64,000 bases of DNA from Octopus vulgaris (lineage: Eukaryota), in contig OX597819.1 of NCBI GenBank assembly GCA_951406725.2, positions 94,178,001 to 94,242,000 on the forward strand, in the 5' to 3' direction. The notes under the pieces are model-generated. The model was not told the DNA's origin. It worked only from the letters and a program-made list of their open reading frames with translations, and did not search any database. Positions within the stretch are counted from its first letter, which is position 1, and every line of letters begins with the position of its first letter. Shown piece after piece: positions 11,151 through 25,640 of the stretch. Made by a program: the position numbers and the translations under genes.

Positions 11151-13795
11151 CCAATTCATATAAGGCAATTCGAGGAAAACTTATCTTCCACTAACCCAAC
11201 CAAAGTCACATCTTGACTGATAGTCTTCTTTACAGAAAACATGAAAACAAGGCTTCTGTTCACTTTTCAATGCGTCTATAAATATTTTCTTGTAATTACC
11301 CTTTATTTTCAGGAAAGAATACTTGACAAATACCTTCCTCTTAAACAACTTATTTCTAAATAACATTCTACATATTTTAATTAACATTGATATACTACAG
11401 AAAGCCACACAACTGCTGTATACATCTCTAGAAGGCATCTCATATAGACATCTATATGAGATACTTTCTTGAGATGAACACTACAATTCTATGATTTTCT
11501 ACAGTATACCTACATTAAGTAAGATATACAGAATGCTGTTTTGATCTAATACTGCTTCTGTTGCTAATAACAAACGATTTATTTCTACTCTATGTCATAT
11601 AAATGATGTTTTTTTTTCATTTCTTTTACTGACTTCAGTCATTGGATTGCAGCCATATGGGCACCATTTTCAGAAAGTTTTACTTGTTTGTATTGACTTC
11701 AAAACTTTTAAGTTTATTTCGTTGATTTCACAAAGGACTAAAAGCAATAAATTTATATGTATACATCTGATAAGCTTTTATAGAGCTTTATGTCATCCAA
11801 ATTTTACTCAGTATGTCTTTGGTTGGCCTAAAGCAATGGTAGAAGACCCTTACTCAAAGTGATGCACTGTAGAATCAAACCTAGGTTTTCAAGAGAAATC
11901 CCCAACCTCATGCCTTTTCCTGTGCCTATCCATATAACCATGCCTGTAGTTTGTGCATATGGACAATATCTCATATATAAATTCTATTTAGTTTTTGATA
12001 TCAATTAAACTTCAGATCTAGAATATTATTAGTTAACTTGAATAAGTTAAAGAAATAACATGCAATATTTCTTTAGTGATTTAGAGTTAATGATGATAAC
12101 TTTAAAATGGAAATTACTGTTAGCAGTCCAACTGAAGCCATCCTTATGTTTCATCCATTTCTGGTCAGTAAAATATTACCAGCATTATACTAAAGTGAAA
12201 CTGACTATTCACTGAAAATCAATTTGTAATTTTTTGCTTATGTTATAAAGCATTCTGGGAGTTGAATTGCAGAACAGATAGAACAAACAAAAAAATACAA
12301 AGTATTTAGTCACATACCATTACATGCTGAGTTCAAATCCTACCAAGATTAATTTTACCTAACAACCTACCAACAATAATTAAATAAATACCAATTGAAT
12401 ATCAGAGTTGATTCAATCAATTACACCCATCTCTTAGGTTTATAATATTTTCCTATATTAGATATCATTACCATATTTACTCATGTATAATGTGAGAACA
12501 TCAATGTAAAACATCAAATTTGTAGCATTATATTTGAGTGTAAAAGTAAAATGGTAAGAAGATAAAATATACTACTGATTTTTAGGTTCAAAATGTGGAG
12601 GTTGCATTATATCTGAGATTACATTACACTCAAATAAATATCTTATTTAGATTTAAAATGACCAGAGGATTGTCAGAATCAGTTAAAGCATCAGATCAAA
12701 ATTTTTTTATGGCATTTAGTTGTTTCTCTTTACATTTTGAATTTAAATCCTCCCTTAGTCAACTTCATCTTTCATTCTTCCTGTATCCATAAAAAAAAAA
12801 TTAAGTTAATTTATTAACTGTTCCTTCATTTGAAACTTGAATGTTTATTAATGTATGTCATGCTATGCAATGATGTAGGTTTTTTTTGTGCATTTTTACC
12901 AGTTCTTTTTTTTTCTCCTGAAAGGTTTCGTGTAACAACATAAAATATTATTGAAAGCATTTCAAAAAATGCAATTTAAACTGGCAGGAAATAAGCAACA
13001 ACAATTAGATGATTAAATCTTTTAAGTAAGGATGTAAGGAATAAAAATGCTGAAAATTTGAATTAGCAAAACAATTTAAAATTTTCAACTGCTATTAAAG
13101 TTAATTAAATAGATTTTATGCTCAAATATAATGATATGTTTGTTCAGGAAGTATTAAATTTTATTATATATATATTTTTCATAGAATATTAGCAACTGTA
13201 GTTAAATTGATTGTTATTGAAAATTATTGTAATTGGTAAGCAATGAGAGAAGGAATCTGCATGAAAGGCGATGTTGAATGGTCCTAAGCTTTTTATTTTA
13301 AAATTTAATCTTTTTTGTTATGAAGAAATTTTTAAATAATTTTAAAACGGTGATGGGAATACTTCTTATTAGATGTATCATAAAACACTGTATGTGTGTG
13401 TATGTATGTAGAAAAGGTTTATAATTTATCCTCATAAGAAAAACATATTTTATCTATTACATACTATCAAATTTTCCAAGGAAGAAATTCTAATATCTTC
13501 AAAAATTATAGCATGATAATATTTTCAACTAAAATTTTTCTGTTGCTTGTTCTGTAATCATAATGTGACTTTTTTTTTTTGTATCATAACTCAGAAATTA
13601 TTGATTGAAAGCTTGTGTTTTGTCAATGTAACTCTCTTTTAATCTTTTGGTTTCTTGCTTGATTTGTGTTGTCTGTCTCTTCTCTGGTTAGTTGGTCAGT
13701 ATGTCATTATTGGGTGCATTTGAACTGGAATTTGACCAGTTATTTTTTTATTGTTTCATGAGTTTATTTTTTTTCATTTGCCAGTTTTCTTTATA

Positions 13796-13831
<36 letters not shown>

Positions 13832-13889
13832 TGTATGTATGTATGTATGTATGTATGTATGTATGTATATATGTATGTACGTATATATG

Positions 13890-13949
<60 letters not shown>

Positions 13950-14341
13950 AATGGGCAGTTATTTGTTCAGCTCATCCAACAATATACCTACATATTAGTA
14001 TGCTTGTCTAGTTCATTTACTCAGCAAACATAAATATATTCTTACATCTATACTCAAGTAAAATAATCGCATGTGTAAAAAAATTTGTGAATGAAATTTT
14101 CAAAAAATCTCAAGATTCTTAATGCTAATTGCATATTATAAAAATCTACAGAGAATGCTATTTAGTGGCTTTGGACAAAGAGGGAAGACTAGTGGTTTGC
14201 TTCTGTTGGAATGCAAGCTAGGATGTGATCAACCCCCAATTGAGTCAAATGGGTGAGGAAATCCAGTGTTGAAAGATCCAAATCTCATGATCTGATTTTA
14301 ATGGATGCAATGTATTGGCATTGGAGTCTCACAGATTTACT

Positions 14342-14571
14342 TATTTCTTTATTGCCTGCAAGGAGCTAAACATAGAGGGGACAAACAAGGACAGACAAAG
14401 GGATTAAGTCGATTACATCGACCCCAGTGCATAACCGGTTCTTAATTTATCAACCCCAGAAGGATGATAGGCAAAGTCGACCTCGGCAGAATTTGAACTC
14501 AACGAAATAGCAGATGAAATACTGCTAAGCATTTTGCTGGCGTGCTAACGTTTCTGCTAGCTCACTGCCTT
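14342..14571 (-). mobile_element. SINE family C, full length, with 17-bp TSD
   Basis: TSD AGTCTCACAGATTTACT at 14325-14341 and 14572-14588. Minus-strand tRNA-like head with GAGTTCAAATTC; homologous to the 34543 and 38467 copies. Confidence 0.92.
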
Positions 14572-15368
14572 AGTCTCACAGATTTACTATACTTTTGACA
14601 ACAGACAGTATGGTCAATTTGTGTCGGTGTTTTTCGTGGACCTTTGTGCAAAAAAGTTTGCCATGGTGTTTGCAGAAAACATGTTTGCAGAAAACATGTT
14701 TGCAGAGAATGTGAGAATGTGAAAATCCAAGAAACTATCAGGGTTTCTATTTGGTTTGTCTGAAAATGTTCATGGAATTTGTGGCAAAGTCTATAGACAT
14801 GCACACCAGTCACCAAAGATTGCTAAAAAGGAGTTTCTTCCGATGGTGTTGATGGTTCATGACATGTCAACATAGAAGATGGCTCATGGCATGTCAACAT
14901 AGAACAGCTTTCAAAAAGGCTATCTTACACAACCTGGAGAAAAATTTGCACTTGAGCTGATGTCCACGAGTGATGTGGAAAAGACTAAGGAAAGAATGCA
15001 TCCCAGGGCACCCATAAGATATATCTTTGGACAAAAATTACATGAACTGTATTAACTATATTAATGGAGAGGGAGGGTTTGTCCAAAATGACTTTCAGAT
15101 ACTACATGAAGACTTACTTTTATCTACATTGTTTTAGTGTCTAATTACCCTGTTTCTCAGTATCAAATATGTTTTTTTCCCTAAAATATGTCTAGAAAAT
15201 TTATCAGGCATTCTAGAGGACGAAGGTTACATTTATCATGAGTTGATTTTAACCCCAGATGATAGTTACCTATAGTAAACTTACCATATAGAATAAGAGA
15301 AAAATTGCAAACTAATTGAACAGTAAGATTCATATAGTACTGAGCAACTAACAAAATATACTGTAAAG

Positions 15369-15662
15369 CAGTGTTACTCAAAGTGATGGTCTGCAGACTG
15401 GTGCCGGTCTATGAGCCATCAGCTGCTAGTACGCAGCAAGTTTCCAGAAAAGAAAGAAACATAAAATGCTTAAAAAATGCTCATGTAATATTGTATTATT
15501 TGTTTACAAAATAAATATGATAAAAAAATTGTCAACTTTTATTACATGCATTATATATATTGTTTCCAGTATAAATTAATATTACTAAGAAATATTACTG
15601 GTCCCTGGCACATTGTAAAAAAAACTTCTGGTACGCTACATCAGATAATTTGAGAAGCACTG
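15369..15662. mobile_element. hAT (Charlie-like) MITE
   Basis: TIRs CAGTGTTACTCAAA / TTTGAGAAGCACTG and perfect 8-bp TSD CTGTAAAG (15361-15368, 15663-15670). Confidence 0.9.
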
Positions 15663-16099
15663 CTGTAAAGTATGTAAAAGTGCTGAGATTTTGACTCATG
15701 ACTTTCTTTTTTTCAAAATTTTCAAATCAAACTTTGGATGCATCTTCAAAGTCAGTTTCATCAACACCAGAATTCCTCTTGTAATACCTAGCTATGATTA
15801 TTTCATTGTATTAGAATTCATATGTAGAGATGCTTAAAATTACATAGACTATAGCAAAACACATTTGATAGAAGTTACATGAGTGAACTTGAGAAAATTA
15901 ACAGGTGCGTTAAAGTTTTTAATCTTAAACTTAAAACAACTTTAATATTTTCTGTGCAAACAAAGAATGTAACCTTAATTAATTAAGATTAAATTTACAC
16001 AATCAAACTGAAATTTTCAACAAAAGAAAGGCTAGATAATAAGGGTGTCAAATTAAAGAAATAAATTATATATACTAAAGCAATCATAGCTACATACAA

Positions 16100-16136
<37 letters not shown>

Positions 16137-16149
16137 TGTATGTGTGAAC

Positions 16150-16345
16150 TGTTGTTGTTTAACCTCAGGTCAGCTCTAATCAAGGAGACTTAAGATCAAA
16201 AGTACTCCACCTGGGATAACTCCCGTTTTTTAGGGGTATATCTAAGACCACATTATTTAGTGTATCCTTTCTTCACTTAATATGTTAAGGTGATATGAGA
16301 GAAATTTGGCTGGTGTTTCTAGTAGGCCAAGTGACTACATTGAAG
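16150..16345 (-). mobile_element. old interspersed repeat, family D, (CAA)n-tailed SINE-like 3' part
   Basis: TGTTGTTGTTTAACCTCAGGTCAGC...GATCAAA...ATTTGGCTGGTGTTTCTAG. Related copies near 26415, 28030, 35790, 46750 and 49165. Confidence 0.6.
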
Positions 16346-19300
16346 CTCTCACATTAGCTCATGTGCCTGTATGTAATGTGCATATGTATAAGTGCTGTCT
16401 GTGGAATTTTGTGTTGATATTCAAAAGTCACTTAATTTAACTCTTTCAGCATATAATATGAATTTATAAAAATGCTTTTGATTTGTCTGCCATGGAAAAC
16501 AAACTAGTTGGTAGTCATTACTAAAATCACATTACAAGACAAATAGTGTTCCTTAATTGGAATAGCCTCAGACTTAATATGATCAGATTCAATCACTGAC
16601 TTATGTCCACAAATCCAAGTTTAACAAGCTATGAATAGTAAATCTGCTGCAGAAGAGATTGACAAGTTTAATGGAATCCATTACATTTGATCTGAGATTT
16701 ATTTTTGAAAATGTCTCTTCTCTGAATGTCTCTTCAACATTTTAATAATTCATACAATTTTTGATTTCATAGATCACTGACTGGCAGATAATATATATCT
16801 GATGCAAAGTTGCTAAGACAAATGAAAATGTGTTTACATGCAAATTAGAAAAATCGAAAAATAATAACTTTCTTATAAAACCAATTTCTTCATAAAACAA
16901 TTTTGAAAAACTAAACCATTTTCCTTTCAGCTCAGTGTGAGATATCATGAGACAAAGCAGCTGTGATATCCATGCATTTCTCAGAAATTTAGCAAATAAT
17001 TACAGTACAAATAGCTGATTCTAGCTGAAGATCAAAACTGAGTAGTAAACTTAAGTTGCCAAACATTTAATATTTACCATGTAATTAAAGGCACTTTCCT
17101 TAGTTTATGAATAACAAATGAGCTTACTCTTTATTCTACTTATAGATTCTTTTATTTGTAAATTTTAATAATAAAAATTGTTGCTGTTTCTTTTTACTAA
17201 TTAAAATATAAATTTAAAATATTAAAATTTATACCATGAGACTTTAGACAAATGTAAACAAATATTTGTTGCTCTCATTTGTTTTCTATAGACAAGAAAG
17301 GGGAGATTCAGTTGACCTGGTTTCTAAAGACAAACCCAACTAAGTTAAAAGCTAAATCAAATCACCCACCTTTTTTTGGCCACAGGGGAGACAATTACAA
17401 ATAGCTGTTTGTTGTATTTGCCCAGTGTCTCACAGCATCAGTTAAAATACATTAAGCTTATCTTACATTTAAAACTATTATTACGTGCTGCTTAGTAAAT
17501 TAATAATTAAAAGAATTTAAAATTATATATTTAGAAATATCAGTCCTAAAGATAAACTAATATGCTAAAAATTAACAATAAGGTTTATGTTCTGCATTTG
17601 TTAACTATTATCAATATGTTACAGTAGTACTTAGCTAAACATTCCTGTCAGTTAAAGTAAATAATGGCCATCGTAAAAATTTTATATACAGCTCAAACCA
17701 TCAAGCTACTTATCAGTTACAAAGTAAAGCTGAATGTCTCATACTTCTAATGATACACAGGCATACATCTCAGTAATCTTTTTGCTTTCCAGTCAATTTA
17801 TACTGACATAGACTACCACTAGTTTTCCAGTTCTAGTACTTGTCCAACTTTATCAGGTGTACAAACCATTTTAAAGTTCTGCACTCAAATGAAAATTGTT
17901 TCTAAATAGAGAAAGATTCAAAAGAGGAGTTTATAACCTCTGACTTGAGAGTCTTATTTATTTGACTCAAAACGTCTGCATTTTGGGTGAATTAGACAAC
18001 ATATTTCTTAAGTTTGTTGATAATATATTGTCTTGTACAAGACAATATATGTCTTGTACAAGTGATGAAAATATATAATACAGCTAAATAGGGATTAAAT
18101 AAGTTTAAATTTATGCATTTATTTAATTTTCAAGATTGTTTTGATGGTACATAGGAGGGTTCAAAAAGGATATTTTTGAAATCTTTTCACCCATCTCTAC
18201 AATTATTGCCCAATGTAGAGTAAGTTTTGCTGACCACAGGCCATGTGGTATATTTCGGTAACTTCCACATCCAAATAGAAAAAGAAGACTACTCAACTGC
18301 ATTGACGTTATTAGAAAAGATACACAGCATGTAAGTAGAGATCTACTGAACTTAACAGAGTGTAGGAATTCCTGACATGGCATTGTAAAACATATCTTGG
18401 TTGAAGCTACTTGACAAAGAGGAATACTCAATTTAGCAAAACATGTAGCTCAAGTTCAACGGACTAAATTTCTTTGACTCTTGCAAATGCTAAATTTGTT
18501 TCAGAATTACAAAGTCTAAATAGAAAATATTAGCATTAGTAAAATCAGACAGAACAACAACAATGATAATGATCAGTTGCCTGTAACATTACAGCTGCAT
18601 TCTCTTGATAAATATATTTACTGAATATCTTTTAAAGATTTTATGCAGGGAAAGATAGCTTCTTGGAAACTAAATTAGTTTAAATATTTAGATTATACAA
18701 TTTTGAATATATCTCTGACAGTGTATCAGTCGGTAAAATTGAATTCTGTTGCAAAGGTTCATTTGAGTACATTTCTTTTGTCTAACAAATACCTGCTTAC
18801 TGTCATTTTTTAATTGATATGTGTCTAAATAATTGAATACTGATTCCTGGACAGATATAGATATCCTGCAGTGAATTTAATGTCGATTAAGCCAAATATG
18901 CATATTGGTATCCATCTAAAGACAATGCCAGTTAAATATGAATAAAACACTGCATTAAGCAATTTATAGAAAAGATCAATATCCTATTAAATATTGTATA
19001 TTGAAAATATTAAATCAACTATTTTTTTTCTTTTATTATTCCTATAAATGAAAAACATACAGGAGAATCAATTGCAGTTTTGCATAACTGTTGTTGATTA
19101 ATAATAATATTATGTCAAGCTTTTAACTCTGTTACTTCAGTGACATTCAGAAACAGAAGCATACAAAAATATTTATTATACTTTCTATATATTAATACAT
19201 TTTTAGTTTTATGAGAATGTGTATGCATAGTTTTTTTTATATGTTAATGCTAAGGAATTGTTTAGTATTGAATAAAGAATTAATTAAAGAGAGTAATGTA

Positions 19301-19434
19301 CATTTTAGTTCCATATATAAAAGTATATTTATATACTTGAAGCTTTTTTAACGTTTAAAACACATTTAGCTTTGTTGTAGAGTAATGTGTGGTTTACAAC
19401 TTTGTTGTGTAAGTTATATGATTAACAACAAATG

Positions 19435-20965
19435 TACAGATTTTTAGTTAATGACTCTCTTCACCTAGCCAACTATCTTGAAATTGGAAAAATTCACTGT
19501 TAGGAAAATTAGGTTATCGACATTTAGAAGCTCTCATGGACAACTGGTCTTAAACTCTCTGTTCTAGCCTAGAGATCTATAATTAATAATGAAAGACTGA
19601 GAGTTGAATGTTGATGGACACTTATCTACAAACTAAATTCTTTCTGAGCTCATTCCTAACAAACTCTCGCCTTCCTAACAGCATTTTTGCTCATAGGTTG
19701 CACAGTTTTCACATGTCATTCATCTACACCCGGGGGTTACCAACCAGGGTCCACAGAAGCTTTCAGGGGGACCACAAGTAAAAAATTGTAATTTGTGGGT
19801 CCGTATATAAATTTTGTTTACTAGGAGAGGTACCTACATTTAATGAAATTTTCAAGATTTGCATTTGGAATTTATGTTATGAATTTATGTTATGAATAAC
19901 GAAATTGTTTCATTGTTAGTTTTTACTAACCTACAAACAAATATTTTATTTCAAAAATTTATATGTTCATATATTGGGTCCACAAACGATAAAATAAGGT
20001 TGGGAACCCTTGATCTACACCTAGCCTGCTTAACAATCATTGTGAATAATACCTTGACAAAGACCTTCTCCAGGTCTATGAATGCTAAGTATGGTTTATT
20101 TCTTTCCTAAAAATGTCAATTGTTACTTTGTTAGAAAGAGGTCTTTAGTGATACTTGATCCTGACATAAATCTAAACTGCGTCTCATCTGAGCTAATTTT
20201 CATCTTTATTAGTTATGCTCTAATTCTTTCTGTTTCTGTCTTAATTTGATCAATCAATTTCGAAACTGCATACCCTTCTTTCAACATTTCCATGACTAAC
20301 CATGATGGCGTAGCTGTTTTCTCTACATTCATATCTTAAATCATGCTTCCAACCATATAGCTGTCGACTTCAGTACTCAGTCCCTCTGCTGAAATAATAT
20401 GGACCTCCCTCTCTCCCTCCCTCTCCCCCTCTCTATCTATCATTTTCTTCACCCAGTGACCTCTCGTAACACTCACATAATTTTTTCTTTCCCAGTTTCA
20501 GTGAGGGCAAATACTCTACTTTCATTCTGTATGTATTTTCCCCTCCATTGATGTTATGGTTTATTAAACCTAATTCTAACACACTGCTTTGCAATCCATA
20601 ACACCTCATCCATTTAACACATTGACAATGGTTTTCCAAGCCAGTCTCCAAGTTTTTACTGCCCTGTCAGCTGTGTCATTCTGCAAGCACATTACCTTTG
20701 GTTCTGCCAGGAACTTTTACCCCAGCCATATGTTTGTTCTTAACCCTATGCAAGTTATTTCATAGAAATTCCAAGTTGTTATCAATGCTTTATCTTCCTC
20801 CTTACAGTCATATGCATCAAAATTTCTCTGAAACTATTCCTCACTGCAGGATCTTTTAGTTTCCATATCTTCCATCTCCATATCATCTCCTGTATCGCTG
20901 TCTACCTAACTCTGACTCTGAAATCATTAGCCACTATCAATGTTCTGTAATGCACTCTTTGCTGG
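19435..20965 (-). mobile_element. decayed RTE-clade LINE, interrupted by a hAT MITE
   Basis: Minus translations: TLIVANDF (endonuclease-like, ~20930), NKPYLAFIDLEKVFVKV (~20050-20100), SVHQHSTLSLSLLII, EFKTSCP*ELLNVDNLIF (decayed WELLYADDL). Confidence 0.75.
19730..20012. mobile_element. hAT-type MITE
   Basis: Termini CCGGGGGTTACCAACC / GGTTGGGAACCCTTG and TSD ATCTACAC at 19722-19729 and 20013-20020. Confidence 0.8.
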
Positions 20966-21062
20966 AAAATATTTAAATATATTTATATACATGTCACACA
21001 CATGCATATATCAGTCTATATGATATATGCATGTGTATGTATATATATATTATAGAGCAATA

Positions 21063-21114
<52 letters not shown>

Positions 21115-22424
21115 AGCAATATATACATGTATGTACATATATAAATATATATATATATAAATGTGTGTGTGTGCACATGCATGTGTGTGCACGTGTGTAT
21201 GTGTCTGTATTGTTGTCTTGATCAAGCAATGAAAAAGATGTTGGGCGTTTCAGTCAAGTGTCCAGCACATGTTAAACAGAAAGTACATATGTATCAATTT
21301 TAGTCAAAACCTTATAAATTAATAAAGGGTTGGGTAAATCATGGAACTGAATATGAGTGTGATTAGAAATACATTAAAGATAAGCGACATTTTTTTCTTT
21401 TTTATGGATTATTCAGAAAAGGAAGGTTAGTACCCAAGGCATTTTTACAAGTCCTCTATAGCTGGTAGAGAAAAAGACAGAAAAAGCATTACTCATGGGT
21501 TCTGCAGTCCTCAGAATGGAGAGCTGGTTGGAGTAATAACAATCCAGTTTCTAGCTACCAAATTTTACTCACAGTTTGAACTCAGTTTGAATTGACTGAG
21601 ACTGACAGATGATACTGGCTGAAAGTACCAAGGAACGTGATCAAAGTCATGAGATAGCAAATTAAACTTTTTAACCATATTGTCATGTCAGCACCCATCT
21701 TATCTATTTTTCAGATTTTTATTGTAGACGAAATTTCTGGTAGTCTCATCTGCTTTTGATATGAAAAAGGAAAATGCTTTCATCTTACATTTATATGTTA
21801 GTCATATTGGCATGGCTTGGTTTATTAAAGTATTATCAGCTGGAGATAATGAAGTCTGTTTTTCTTTTCTTTTTTTCGTCCATCCATTATCTGCCAATAA
21901 ACTTGAAGTGGTGCTGTGAAACTAAGTGTCAGACTTTGTATTAGTAACAATCCAGAGGTCTCCAAGTTCATTTACTTTCACTAGGGAAATTCATTACATA
22001 ATATAAAAAAAATTCTGACTTTTATCTTTATTATCTTTCGAACATATCACTCAACTTGCACATAAAAAAACTTCATTAATTACCAGAAAATAGTGTTTCT
22101 TCTTGAAGTAGCCATATTATTCTATTTTTATTACTCCAGTATCTACCAAGAAAACAAAGTAATTTTCTTTGTGTGAAAGCCTTAATTGATTATTTTATTG
22201 ATACTTTTGCATTTGTAGCCATTGTAAAGGAGAAAAAAAATCTACAAGGAAATGGTGAGAAAGAAAAATATAACTCTTTGAGATATTTTGAAGAAAACTT
22301 TAATGTGAATTTAAATTGATTCCATTTATTTGATATTGCTGTGAAAATGTCCTACAAAATGACTTTACAGTTTGTCTTTTTGTTTTACTAAATTTACTAT
22401 TATGTATTCTTTTTTAAATTTCAG

Positions 22425-22800
22425 TGAATGTAATGGCCAACCCCCTTTGAACAATCAACGAACTCTCAGTCCACAGAATTCTATCAAAAGCCAGCATGCA
22501 TTAAGTCGACAAAACTCTATCAAAAGCCATCATTCTTTTACATCCAAGAACTCAATAAGAGGCAATCGCAGCTGGAGCCGAAATAACTCAATCAGTAGTT
22601 CATATAGCATTCATCGGTCATTCAGTCTCCATCGTGAAAATTCTCTCAAAAGTCACCACACACACAACTCCACTTCCAGCAGTACATTCAAAGAAGAATA
22701 CAAATTGAACAATTTAAGCTCTGAACTGCCTGTTGCGAAAACAGCAGCTGATAAATGTCTTGAAGAACTTGAAGATGACCCAGATGCTATTGATGAAACA
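22425..22800 (+). CDS. internal coding exon (376 nt, phase 2 to phase 0) of an unidentified gene; Ser-rich with 12-aa repeats
   Basis: Acceptor TTTTTAAATTTCAG|T and consensus donor ACA|GTAAGT. Open frame ECNGQPPLNNQRTLSPQNSIKS...DKCLEELEDDPDAIDET, with higher GC than the flanks and no microsatellite. Confidence 0.8.
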
Positions 22801-22984
22801 GTAAGTTATTTATGCTTTCTTTAACCCTATTCTGCTATTAGCTGTGATGTTTATATTTTAATCCTATTTCAAACTGAAATTGACAGGAAACATTGGAAAA
22901 TATTATTATTAGCAACATTGAACATTAAACAATTAATAGAGTGGTCTTCTCTATTGGATATTTGTGCATTGTGTAAATGTATGT

Positions 22985-23050
<66 letters not shown>

Positions 23051-24649
23051 ATGTGAGAGAGAGTTAGATAGACAGACTGAAAAACAGAGAGAAAGAAAGA
23101 ATGTTTTTTTATGTATATCTCATTTATATATTTTCCATAATAGCTTTATACTGTAAAATAATCATAAAAGCATTTATGGCCATTAAACTTGTCCTTTTAC
23201 TTTTGTTTAACTTAGATTTCTTTTCTCTTTTTTATTCCAGCAAGCCATTTAACTAACCAGTAGTTTTGTATTTAAATGATGATGAATTACATTTGATACG
23301 TTTTCTGAAAATAAAGTGGCAATATAAATGTTTTAGAACAAAACCATTTTGATAACAGCTGCTTGTATTTGGTAAATGAAAAATTACAAAATGAAATAAT
23401 ATCAAAACAAACAGCTTTCCATGAACTGTTATGTTGTACAATGTTAATAACTTAACTATGTTTTAGTTTCAGTTTTTTTTTTTTTTTAATTTTTTTTTTT
23501 TAGTATTTGTGTGTTTGATATTTTGTTGCTCTTTTTTATGAGAATGTCTAATTCAACATTTGAACGCTCTGGTGGTGAACAATTGTTGTTGGTTTTCTTG
23601 TGTCACAAGAGAATTTCAAAATGGAAAATTTTTAAAAGAAAGTAATGTAATATTCTTGAATAGCTATTTAAGTTCTTTTGAAAGATCATCTTAGTACTTC
23701 AAAAATCAGGTACATGGAGAAAGACATCTTATGATAACCTTTGGCGTCAATCAGAAGAGTAAAAACATGGGAGTAGTCAGCCAAATAAAAAGCTCCTGAA
23801 TAATTAACATCTTTTTTTCTTCATAATTTTTTCTATTTGTGTATGCTGCTTTAAATTTTATGTATTACTAATTACATTCTCTCAACACTAGGGCCATTGG
23901 AAATTACAAACACATATGATGCTCAGTAACAAAATATATATGCACCAAAGATTTGCTAAACCTAAAAGGTCTTTAATAATCACTACTAATTATAAAGACA
24001 CCAACAATTGTCTTCAAATAAGAGTAAAATACATTCTTGCTTTTGCTTTCGTAAATATCTGTGTGGGTGTGTGTGAGTGTGTGTGTTTTAGGTGTGCATG
24101 TCCTTCTACAGTTTCTTTACCATTGATGGTGTATTCTTTATAATGATCTACATTTTTCTTACTAATAAAATTAATTATTGCTTTTAATATTTATTAATAT
24201 ATTTTAGGATGAAATATTAAACCAACTACAGTGATAAATCCATTGTGTTTATTTGTATGCCTTGATATTTTTTAGAATTTTTTTTTTTTCTGAGTTCATC
24301 TCTTTTTTATAAAATTTTTATCTTGAACCTTTGCATAAACATTTCCTCTAAATTTATATGAATTCTCTTGAGAGTGTTTTGAAATAGTTAGGCCAAGCAA
24401 TTTTTTTTTAAATATTACTTTAAATAGTGATATCTGAGGAGAAATTTGTATCAAAAATATGTAAATAAGGATCACACTTTAGTATAACTAATATTAAGTA
24501 ATGGTAATAATCATGATAAAACTTATAGTCTGCATAAATTGAATTTGAATTTACAGTACATAAAACTATTGCAGCTGGCAGTTATTAAAGATTATAATCT
24601 CTGAATTTTCAAAGAGTAAAGTAACTCAAAAGATCTCAAATTATCATGA

Positions 24650-24878
24650 TAACCCTTTTGTTATTGTATTTCTTTTGAGATGCTCTGTGTTTCTTTCAAT
24701 TACTTTAAATATAACAAAGAATTTAGTAAAATAACTTTGTTATCATTAAGTTAGTGTTAGGAACATAAATTGTGATTAAGGGTTTGGTGGAAGATTTTAA
24801 TTCAGAACTTTTAGAAACAAGATATTTGTACTACAAACCCAGAGCTGGTTTCAGCCGGGGTGGTAATGAAAGATTTAA
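24650..24878. mobile_element. TTAA-ended (piggyBac-like) MITE
   Basis: Begins TAACCCTTTTGTTA and ends TAATGAAAGATTTAA (imperfect TIR); related sequence at 1225-1404. Confidence 0.5.
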
Positions 24879-25222
24879 TCGTCCCATTTGCTGGGTGTTT
24901 CATTTCTAACTTCAGTATACAGGTACAATTTAGGGTTAATGTCAAAATATAAATCTATGGCCCTGCTATTTCATACCAGGTGGAAACCATCTTAAGCATA
25001 TGTCCTTATTACATTACAGACTAACATCTTAAATGATAAACTTATTAATTTCTTTTAACATCATTTAGCATTTGAAATTGATGTTTTATAACAAGTGTAC
25101 TGTGGAAAAGAATATAAATTTATAAACTTTAGAGCAAGCATAGCAAGGATATGCTATATGTTTAGATGTCCTTACCAATGCTGTCTGCAGTATGTAAAGA
25201 GATGAATATGAATTATAAAATA

Positions 25223-25390
25223 ACAGGAGTGGCTGTGTGGTAAGTAGCTTGCTAACCAGCCACATGGTTCCAGGTTCAGTCCCACTGCATGGCATCTTGG
25301 GCAAGTGTCTTCTGCTATAGCCCCGGGCCGACCAATGCCTTGTGAGTGGATTTGGTAGACGGAAACTGAAAGAAGCCTGTCGTATATATG

Positions 25391-25421
<31 letters not shown>

Positions 25422-25640
25422 TTGTGTGTCTGTGTTTGTTCCCCTAGCATTGCTTGACAATCGATGCTGGTGTGTTTACGTCCCCATCACTTAGCAGTTT
25501 GGCAAAAAGAGACCGATAGAATAAGTACTGGGCTTACAAAAAGAATAAGTCCCGGGGTCGAGTTGCTCGACTAAAGGCGGTGCTCCAGCATGGCCGCAGT
25601 CAAATGACTGAAACAAGTAAAAGAGTAAGAGAGTAAAGAG
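25223..25640 (+). mobile_element. SINE family A, near full length
   Basis: Matches the 3509 and 4281 copies throughout. Confidence 0.92.
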
